Shown: one piece after another, positions 18,322-25,529 of the stretch
Position numbering within the stretch: the stretch's first letter is position 1
Layout: every line of letters starts with the position of its first letter
Origin: Acidimicrobiaceae bacterium
Lineage (GTDB): Bacteria; Actinomycetota; Acidimicrobiia; Acidimicrobiales; Aldehydirespiratoraceae
Length of the DNA stretch: 64,000 bases
Direction of reading: 5' to 3'
Assembly: GCA_028820455.1 (NCBI GenBank)
Contig: JAPPJC010000006.1
Span: forward strand, 34,682 to 98,681
Notes under the pieces: generated by a model
Seen by the model: the letters and a program-made list of their open reading frames with translations, nothing else
Told to the model about the DNA's origin: nothing
Databases searched by the model: none
Program-made: the position numbers and the translations under genes

Positions 18322-18553
18322 ATGCACAGACGCCGAGCCACGCCGACCAGCAAAACGTTCAATCCCTGGATGATGTAAGTTCATTCAAAAAAGGAGTACG
18401 GGTCTTAGTATTCTGAGTTGGCTTCCCCTTCGGCTACCTGATCTAAATCGGCTTTATATTCGGCTTGGCTTGTTTGAAACGTCCCTCAGTAGCTACATCA
18501 GGATGAGGGGTTATGATTTCACGCCACTCAGTGAGACCAGCATCGGGCTTGCC
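18322..18553 (-). pseudogene. 5' stump of a DUF499-type P-loop ATPase (defence-island family)
   Basis: The minus-strand translation reads GLTEWREIITPHPDVATEGRFKQA / AEYKADLDQVAEGEANSEY*DPYSFFE*TYIIQGLNVLLVGVARRL. This tracks the conserved DUF499 N-terminus as I recall it (PW..v.tP..D...G....eFA..L.qV..G.a..eY.dP.eFF.rTY.T.gL..LL...RRL). There is no start codon. An apparent 5-nt duplication (agccaagcc, 18461-18470) shifts the frame. In-frame stops lie at 18405-18407 and 18381-18383. The homology ends at the toxin-2 stop (18316-18318). Confidence 0.5.
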
Positions 18554-18601
18554 TATAGTAGATTGTCGCTATCCGTCTATGCTCCGTGCGAGGGACTGTG
18601 C

Positions 18602-19753
18602 TCATTGAATAATTTCGCTCATCAGATCATAACGCAGACCATGTATCTGGGTACGCTGTTCACTGTTACCAAAAGCTTCCAATAGTCGTTCCATCGAATC
18701 GAGGGCCCGTATAGTGTCATCGCTGCTGAACGTATCCATCGGATGAGCCCAACGATTGCGAGCATCTTTGATCTCGAATACCAGTGAACGCACCGAGGCT
18801 ATTGTCGGGAGGCTGTCAGGCAGGGGATTGCATGCATCTTTGACCTTGAAGACACATGGACGTTCCGACGAGTCGAACTGATCTTCGAATACTTCATCCC
18901 AAGTAGCGATAATACTTTGGAGCAACCAAGCCGGATCATTGATGGATGGCTGACGGGATGGCTGGCGAAGCTTGCCATTGACAGTCTGAAGCCAACCTTT
19001 GTCGTAGTGTGTCTCCCAAATATCCTTACATGTCGGACCCAGCCCATCACTGAGCAAGCGCAACGCTTTTCGCAGTCGTTCGCTGTTATCCATCTCCGCT
19101 GCATCTTCTTCATGTGAATCGTCTGAATTTTGCCCTTGTTCTTTTGAGGAGGTGTCCTCTGAAAAGCTGTCTGTGTTGTTTTCCGATGGATCAGGCTCGC
19201 TGCTGTTAGAGGTTTTTGGTTTAACGTTCCGTCTTTCGGAACCGCGAATCCGGCGAAACAGGCAGAAACTCACAAAACAACCCACAATTAGTGCGGCTAG
19301 TAGTATTAAGACAAAAATCAGTTGATTTGGTTGGTTCTTCAGCTTGTGCAACTGGTCTTCAATACTGAATAACTGTTCCTGCAGCTGGTCTTCTACGTTG
19401 TCCAACCGTTCTTGTAATCGACCCTCAGAATGATCTACATGTTCCTCCAGCCGCAGCTCCAGCCGATCCAACTGCCCGCCCATCGCGTTTGATTCGTTTG
19501 AACCGCTGGCCATGGGCGTATTAGCGGCCTCATCGTTATCGCTGGAAGCATCCGGATCCTTTGAGCTGTCTGCGTTGAGCGTGGCGTCCAAGCTGTTAGC
19601 CTGCTCATCAGTTGTTTTTGTGGTATTTGTAGGTGCGTCAGTAGTGTTTGTGGTATCTGAGCTGCTTGAACCACAACCAAAACCCAATCCAACCAACAAA
19701 AAGACCAGCAGTATCTTGAGTGTTGCTTTCAATCGTCTTTCCCTTGCTTTCAA
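18602..19753 (-). CDS. Membrane-anchored coiled-coil protein with C-terminal Swt1-like HEPN domain
   Basis: 383 aa. The N-terminus MKARERRLKATLKILLVFLLVGLGFGCGSS is signal or lipobox-like. A D/S/T/N-rich region and a coiled coil (LDRLELRLEEHVDHSEGRLQERLDNVEDQLQEQLFSIEDQLHKL) follow. A TM helix LIFVLILLAALIVGCFVSFCLF is followed by RRIRGSERR. The C-terminal domain reads DPAWLLQSIIATWDEVF...VFEIKDARNRWAHPMD...IRALDSMERLL, with an R-x4-H HEPN motif. The start lies 3 nt after the MTase stop. Confidence 0.7.
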   Translation of the reverse strand: MKARERRLKATLKILLVFLLVGLGFGCGSSSSDTTNTTDAPTNTTKTTDEQANSLDATLNADSSKDPDASSDNDEAANTPMASGSNESNAMGGQLDRLELRLEEHVDHSEGRLQERLDNVEDQLQEQLFSIEDQLHKLKNQPNQLIFVLILLAALIVGCFVSFCLFRRIRGSERRNVKPKTSNSSEPDPSENNTDSFSEDTSSKEQGQNSDDSHEEDAAEMDNSERLRKALRLLSDGLGPTCKDIWETHYDKGWLQTVNGKLRQPSRQPSINDPAWLLQSIIATWDEVFEDQFDSSERPCVFKVKDACNPLPDSLPTIASVRSLVFEIKDARNRWAHPMDTFSSDDTIRALDSMERLLEAFGNSEQRTQIHGLRYDLMSEIIQ

Positions 19754-19756
19754 ATG

Positions 19757-21361
19757 TTAACGCTCATCTGAACATTCCCCGCTAGCGAAACTTTTCAGAA
19801 GTGCGATGTCGACGGGGGAGCGCATCACGATAACCTCTCTAACCGGCTTGTTAGGGCCGGTGAGGGCTTTGAGCGCACGATAGCCGGAACTGTTGACCGT
19901 TGGACGGTTGGTTGTGAGAAGCACCAGGCGGGTATTCTCCAGCCCCGCAGAATGGATCACAGCGGCTTTACCTAAAGCTTTCCAGAGAGTATCGGTGCGA
20001 CGCAACCCTGGACGCTGAGTCACACTGAAAGCCCCCGACACATCAAACAGCCATTTTCCGCCCTGCTGGTCGAAAGCCTCAAAATTGACCTGAGCACCAC
20101 ACACTCGGGCAACATTGTCGTTGATGCTACTAAAACCGCAGCTAAGCAAAACAACCCTAGCCATCTCCCGAGCCTTGCGACCCTCACGGCCTGCCCTTGC
20201 CTGAAAATTGTAATTGACGACCTCCTTGGCAGAAGCAGCTGTACTATTCCCGGCACTACCGGACCCTGCACTATTATCCCCTGTGTTATCCCCCACACCG
20301 GTAGCATTGTCGAGTTCAAAGCTTTGCTGTCTGGAAGGGCCCACAGCAACCGGCCAGCTCAACTCACCTATCTTCTCGTTACGCTGTTTTTCTAGCTTGG
20401 CAAGCCGCTTCCGCTCTTCAGCAACCCGCTGTTCAGCCAAATCAATATACGTCTTGTCAATGTCAAAACCCACGTAATACCGGCCAGTACGTACCGCTGC
20501 GACCGCTGTTGTGCCCGCCCCCATGAACGGGTCGAGCACTAAATCACCCTTATAGGTGTAAAGCTCAATCAAACGTTTCGGTAACTCCACCGGAAAAGGA
20601 GCGGGATGGCCTACACGAGTGGCTGACGCTGGAGGAATATCCCAAACATCGGTAGTGGCTTCCATGAACTCGTCCACGTGGACCGTGCCTATAGAAGGCA
20701 GTTGTCTTTTGGCACGTTCAGCAGCAGACAACGCACGATCGAACCTCCCCTTGGACGCAATGATGATCCGCTCGGTGACATCCCGCAGTACCGGATTGCC
20801 AGGTCGCTGGAAACTACCCCAAGCGCAGCTACCAGCAGCACCCTGAGCTTTACGCCAAATCACCTCACCACGCAGCAACAACTGTAAACGGTTTTGCAAT
20901 ATTTCTATGACATCCGCTGAAAGCGAACGATACGGACGCCTGCCAAGATTAGCGACATTCACAGCGATACGCCCGCCCGGTTCTAGTTTACGCACACACT
21001 CTGCCAGCACGTCCTCGAGCATCCTCAGATAGGCAATGTAATCAGCAGGCACATCGCCTTGCCCCATAGCCAGCTCATATTCCTTACCCACAAAATACGG
21101 TGGTGAAGTCACCACCAGGGCCACCGAATCGTCTGCCACATTATCATCATCCATGTCACGCGCATCACCGACCCAGAGACGATCAACACACGCATGAGGC
21201 ATGATCTCATCTTGATCGCTGATCTCAGGCAACGGAAACCGGTCGTAAAACTCCGAAGCATCATGGCCTTCACGGCGACCCACCCCAAACCTTGAAGTAG
21301 ACGTGCCTCGCCTCCGCCTGGCCGTCGGGCTCTGTCTAGATTGAGAGGCTGACATACTCAA
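19757..21361 (-). CDS. Beta-class N4/N6 DNA methyltransferase (N6_N4_Mtase family) with extra ~190-aa C-terminal domain
   Basis: Motif IV VVTSPPYFVGKEYE precedes motif I DPFMGAGTTAVAAVRTGRYYVGFDID. After a G/S/N-rich linker comes an unassigned domain (…VNFEAFDQQGGKWLFDVSGAFSVTQRPGLRRTDTLWKALGKAAV…LVLLTTNRP…). Confidence 0.9.
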   Translation of the reverse strand: MSMSASQSRQSPTARRRRGTSTSRFGVGRREGHDASEFYDRFPLPEISDQDEIMPHACVDRLWVGDARDMDDDNVADDSVALVVTSPPYFVGKEYELAMGQGDVPADYIAYLRMLEDVLAECVRKLEPGGRIAVNVANLGRRPYRSLSADVIEILQNRLQLLLRGEVIWRKAQGAAGSCAWGSFQRPGNPVLRDVTERIIIASKGRFDRALSAAERAKRQLPSIGTVHVDEFMEATTDVWDIPPASATRVGHPAPFPVELPKRLIELYTYKGDLVLDPFMGAGTTAVAAVRTGRYYVGFDIDKTYIDLAEQRVAEERKRLAKLEKQRNEKIGELSWPVAVGPSRQQSFELDNATGVGDNTGDNSAGSGSAGNSTAASAKEVVNYNFQARAGREGRKAREMARVVLLSCGFSSINDNVARVCGAQVNFEAFDQQGGKWLFDVSGAFSVTQRPGLRRTDTLWKALGKAAVIHSAGLENTRLVLLTTNRPTVNSSGYRALKALTGPNKPVREVIVMRSPVDIALLKSFASGECSDER

Positions 21362-21499
21362 GCCACAAGCCTAGCTTGGATTGCAACTGGCCTAACACGG
21401 CTCTCAACAACACTGCGCTTCATCTGCGAACAACATAATATCAAACTACCCATACAGTGAGACAAAACAAAAGCTGTAGGCTCGACCACCGATAAGAGA

Positions 21500-22309
21500 C
21501 TAGCCGAATCTCGGTGCACTCACGACCGCAGACACCCTGGCACACTCTCTGGCGCGGGAATCCGCGCGATCCAACAGCATCTCGACGATCTCGTTGCCAG
21601 AGAATTCTGCTGGGATAGACTCAGCTGCTCGGCCCAGCGCATCGGGCACTTGCGAAGCAATCTCCTCAGCCCTGGAAACAGTTTCTTCCCCATCAAGGCC
21701 GAGGGCTTCTCCTGTGTTGAACCAGGCAGACTTCCGGTCGCTCTTTCGCAGCGTGTAGTCCCTGCCGATCTTCATGGCTCATCCCCCCCAGGGAAGCCCT
21801 CAACGGTCATTTTAGAACTGGAGAGCGGTCTTCGCTTGGGCTCCTACCAGAGAGAATTGCCCAAAAGTTCGTCCTCCTAGCCAAGTTGAGTTGGCTAAGG
21901 TAAGCGAAGAAACGAGCGAGGCTAGGTCTCGGTCATCAAGCCATTCGACCCCTCCTCCGCGGTCAGCTACCGTGGCCACTCGGTGAGGAAAACAAAACTG
22001 GACCGCACCAGCGCAGTCCATTCCCATCGGAGTGGCGAGCAAATCAAACGACGACCTCCCCTTGACTCCGAATAGGCGACGTTGCTGTTCAACTACCTGA
22101 GGGTTGTCGGGCAATAGGCCTTCCATCCAAGCAGAGAGCCTCAGCAGCGGGAATCTTCTGCCGGTCTTAGGCATTCCAATCGATAGCGGTGCTCCCCTGC
22201 TGACAAGATACTCCTCGGTGTACACAAGCCCCGAGCGGTCATCAGAGCGCGAGGCATCAGCAGCGTGTTGGCATCCAATCAGTACACTGAGTGTTTCAAC
22301 CGCTGGCAT
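21500..22309 (-). pseudogene. hipA: hipA-family kinase toxin with the kinase core deleted
   Basis: The 165-aa N-terminal piece carries HipA N-domain motifs (LLPDNPQVVEQQRRLFG, GMDCAGAVQF, SLVGAQAKTAL). The 91-aa piece matches the HipA C-terminal tail. The two are separated by only 36 nt containing three stops and a C7 run (21783-21789). About 150-180 aa of catalytic core is absent. Confidence 0.7.
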
Positions 22310-22574
22310 CGGAGTTCCTCGAGTGGGGGATCATCGATAGTATGTCCACAGGCTCGTCTGAGACACTGAGCGAGTAGCCGAGTGAACGCAAAACTCGAAA
22401 GACCAGTCCGATCTCGGCGGTGGCCTTCCCGTTTTCAGCCTCGGACAACCACGGAGCTGACACGCCCGCCTTTTCCGCCAGGTTTTTTTGTGTGAGGCCC
22501 TGTTCTTTGCGAAGGTGTCGTATTGCTTGCCCCAGCTGACCTGGATGTACCATCTGCTTCATAATAACTTCCAT
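22296..22574 (-). CDS. hipB: XRE-family HTH antitoxin (HipB-like)
   Basis: LGQAIRHLRKEQGLTQKNLAEKAGVSAPWLSEAENGKATAEIGLVFRVLRSLG is a classic Cro/C1 HTH. It overlaps the hipA start by 14 nt. Confidence 0.75.
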   Translation of the reverse strand: MEVIMKQMVHPGQLGQAIRHLRKEQGLTQKNLAEKAGVSAPWLSEAENGKATAEIGLVFRVLRSLGYSLSVSDEPVDILSMIPHSRNSDASG

Positions 22575-22624
22575 CGCCGTTCGTTTATTTTAACGAACTG
22601 AAATTGGAATATCAACGAACGGCG
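22575..22624. promoter_or_regulatory. Candidate HipB operator: 11-bp perfect inverted repeat abutting the hipB ATG
   Basis: cgccgttcgtt (22575-22585) and aacgaacggcg (22614-22624). Further GTTCGT/ACGAAC half-sites occur at about 22593, 22644 and 22654. Confidence 0.4.
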
Positions 22625-22671
22625 ATACCAAAGAGACAAGGAGCGTTCGTGGTAACGATCAAAAACCTAGC

Positions 22672-23616
22672 TCATCCTCTCAGCCTGCGGCGAGTTTTTG
22701 CCACATCCACCGTAAGCTGAGCTTGCAGTTGATCAAGCCCCTCAAACTTGCGTTCGCTACGTAAGAAATCGACAAATTGCACCTTAATTTCACTGCCTTG
22801 CAGTTCACCTTGAAAATCGAGCAGATGAACCTCGAGCAACGATTGTTGGGCGTGCTCGTAGAAAGTGGGACGGAGACCGATATTGATGGCACACTCATAA
22901 CGAGAACCCCCAGGCAGAATACAAAATCCCGCATACACGCCATCAGCAGGCCAGGCCATAGTTCTCGGCACAAGCACATTAGCCGTTGGAAAGCCGATGG
23001 TCACACCCCGCTGGTCACCCGCTATCACTGTGCCTCTAACCTCGTAGTAGCGACCCAACAGAGCCGCAGCACGAGCCACATCACCACCAGCTAAGGCTCG
23101 CCGGATCGACGTAGAAGACACCGGCTCTCTAGCATCAGGATGGTGACGTAGCAGTTGTAACGGCATCACATCGAAACCTCTCGTCAGACTTAACCTTTGA
23201 AGTTCCACAACATTGCCGGAACGGCCTTTGCCGAAATGGAAATCCAGACCCACAACCACTGCCTTAACATGCACTGCGTCCACAAACACCTGGTCAACGA
23301 ACTCTTCGGGGCGGGTATCGGCGCGAGCTCGATCAAAGCGTATGACATACACGTAGTCGAGGCCTTCCGCCTCAAGCAGCTCAAGCTTCTGCTCTAAAGT
23401 GGTTAGAAGCTTCGGAGCGTTCTCAGGGCGAACCACAAGTGCCGGATGAACGTCAAAAGTGACAGCAACCGAAGCCAGTCCCTGTTGGAAGGCAATATTT
23501 CGTAACTGTTCAAACACTTCCTGATGCCCGAGATGCACCCCATCGAAAACCCCGATCGTGGCTACTGTCAACACCGACTCGGGCAAACGGTCGCATCCAT
23601 CTTGCAACAACTTCAC
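22672..23616 (-). CDS. ribF: Bifunctional riboflavin kinase / FMN adenylyltransferase
   Basis: 314 aa with GVFDGVHLGHQ (FAD synthetase nucleotidyl motif), GFPTAN and the C-terminal riboflavin-kinase region (…EVHLLDF…RSERKF…). Confidence 0.9.
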   Translation of the reverse strand: MKLLQDGCDRLPESVLTVATIGVFDGVHLGHQEVFEQLRNIAFQQGLASVAVTFDVHPALVVRPENAPKLLTTLEQKLELLEAEGLDYVYVIRFDRARADTRPEEFVDQVFVDAVHVKAVVVGLDFHFGKGRSGNVVELQRLSLTRGFDVMPLQLLRHHPDAREPVSSTSIRRALAGGDVARAAALLGRYYEVRGTVIAGDQRGVTIGFPTANVLVPRTMAWPADGVYAGFCILPGGSRYECAINIGLRPTFYEHAQQSLLEVHLLDFQGELQGSEIKVQFVDFLRSERKFEGLDQLQAQLTVDVAKTRRRLRG

Positions 23617-23669
23617 TTAATCCTCCCAAACCTCACCGACTTCTTAGCAAGCACACCTCACCGACTGCT

Positions 23670-23789
23670 CTATCATACTGCTGACACCACTACAACCAGT
23701 TTTGCCCCCTTAGGATTATCCAAGCCAAGTCGGATTCGTCGACTATCATACTGCTGACACCACTACAACCGGTTTTGCCCCCTTAGGAT
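23670..23789. repeat. 47-bp direct repeat duplicating the truB 3' end
   Basis: 23670-23716 and 23743-23789 are identical except for one a/g difference (73-bp spacing). The second copy contains the truB stop codon (23746-23748). Confidence 0.85.
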
Positions 23790-24801
23790 GAGCTTCGTAT
23801 ACTGCGAGTAGGTTGCCTTTGTGGTCATGAACAGCCCAAGGCCTGGAATTGGGATGCTGTTGACTGATCTCAGTACTACATCCCTCAGCGACTCCTAAAA
23901 TACTTAAAGGCAGTATTCGACCGTTACGTACCGCGGTTTCTATAGTCGGATCTACCTGCACACCAGGCAAATGGCTCACTGCAGCAGCCATCGGCAACAA
24001 CCTCAACGACTCAGACGACTCAACAGAACAAGCATCCGCCAAAATGAAACGACCCACAGCAGTGCGCCGTAGTTTTGCTAGATGAGCACCTCCACCGAGT
24101 GCTGCTCCCAGATCAGAAGCCAGCACCCTCACATACGTGCCTGAAGAACAATCCACCCATGCACGCCACACCCTAGACTCCCCCATTATGACTTCTGCTG
24201 CAAGCCTGTCTCTAGCTCCCACACTCGCTGTAGGCTCACCAGCCTCGACTTCTACTGCAAGCTCATCCTCAACTCCCGCACCCGTAGCAGGCTCCTCTCC
24301 AATCCCCTTCAAGGGCAGTGTTGCGGGTTGTAAGTCAAAACGAGTGACAGTAACAGGCCTAGCAGGACGATCAACCTCAATGCCTCTACGTGCTAGCTCA
24401 TGCAAACGCTTGCCGCCTATTTTAACCGCCGATACCATCGGTGGCTTTTGCATGATCCGACCTTTCAGGGAAGCAGCTGTTACACGCATTTGAGTGTCGG
24501 TTATACTACTCATGTCATGACGGGCTGTGACCGTGCCTGAAGCGTCAAGAGTGTCAGTCTCCACGCCAAACACAATTTCAGCTTCATAGCTTTTAGGCAA
24601 CATTGTCACAAACCGCAGTAAACGAGTAGCACGTCCCACACCCAACACTAGCACACCAGTTGCGTCAGGATCAAGAGTGCCGCTGTGTCCTACTTTGCGT
24701 GTCACCATTATTTTGCGGACTTTTGCCACCACATCGTGGCTAGTCCACCCTGCAGGCTTGTCGACAACAAGCACGCCATCACGAACAGCCATAACCATCA
24801 C
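23746..24801 (-). CDS. truB: tRNA pseudouridine-55 synthase
   Basis: VVDKPAGWTSHDVV and GHSGTLDPDATGVL (catalytic Asp motif). At 351 aa it is longer than usual because of an acidic insertion (…GEEPATGAGVEDELAVEVEAGEPTASVG…). Confidence 0.9.
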   Translation of the reverse strand: MMVMAVRDGVLVVDKPAGWTSHDVVAKVRKIMVTRKVGHSGTLDPDATGVLVLGVGRATRLLRFVTMLPKSYEAEIVFGVETDTLDASGTVTARHDMSSITDTQMRVTAASLKGRIMQKPPMVSAVKIGGKRLHELARRGIEVDRPARPVTVTRFDLQPATLPLKGIGEEPATGAGVEDELAVEVEAGEPTASVGARDRLAAEVIMGESRVWRAWVDCSSGTYVRVLASDLGAALGGGAHLAKLRRTAVGRFILADACSVESSESLRLLPMAAAVSHLPGVQVDPTIETAVRNGRILPLSILGVAEGCSTEISQQHPNSRPWAVHDHKGNLLAVYEAHPKGAKPVVVVSAV

Positions 24802-25024
24802 ACAACCATGAGCGTTTGAACAGGTGGAAAATATGAGACTTGTACTAACTCAATAACTGTGCTCATGAGCTGAGTGGTGGCCTAGTGGTGATCAGGACAA
24901 GAATATGATACCTGCGCTGCTAACTCGCTAACTAGATTGCAACTCAGGTGAAACATCTGCATCAGGGGAAGCAGCATCAGCATCCAGATACTCAGCCTCT
25001 ACCTGCCTAGTATTTTCTGTATTT

Positions 25025-25498
25025 TCACGCCCGGAATCCGCTGTCTTCATCATCTCGTCCACTATCACCTCGTCCACCAGTCATGCTGCCAGGCGTCTTT
25101 CTTGCTTTCTCAGCAGCGATCAGCTTGTCAATACGTTCAGCCATGCGCTCTGTAACATCTAGACGAAACAGCAGCTCAGGGGCTTTGCGCAGATTAGATT
25201 GTTTTGCCACCGCTCTGCGTAGACGGGCAGCGTGCGTCTGGAATGCTTCCAAAACGTCCTCATCGTGGTTGTCGTCAAATCTGCTGAACCACACCACTGC
25301 ACGCTCCAAATCACGATTCACATCAACTCCTGTTACCGATACAAACTGCAAACGTGGATCGTCGATATGTTCCAAAGTGTCAGCAATGATAGAGCGCAGC
25401 AGAGCCCCCACTCGAGCCGTGCGATAACTCGTGCTGAATTCAGGTTTGCTGCTGTAGGGCTTGCGATGGTACGAACCGCGGGATCGACGGCGTGACAT
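25025..25498 (-). CDS. rbfA: Ribosome-binding factor A
   Basis: RVGALLRSIIADTLEHIDDPRLQFVSVTGVDVNRDLERAVVWFS, in the position between infB and truB. Confidence 0.9.
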   Translation of the reverse strand: MSRRRSRGSYHRKPYSSKPEFSTSYRTARVGALLRSIIADTLEHIDDPRLQFVSVTGVDVNRDLERAVVWFSRFDDNHDEDVLEAFQTHAARLRRAVAKQSNLRKAPELLFRLDVTERMAERIDKLIAAEKARKTPGSMTGGRGDSGRDDEDSGFRA

Positions 25499-25529
25499 TC
25501 ATTACTCGAACTTTGCTGATATCAGCTGT

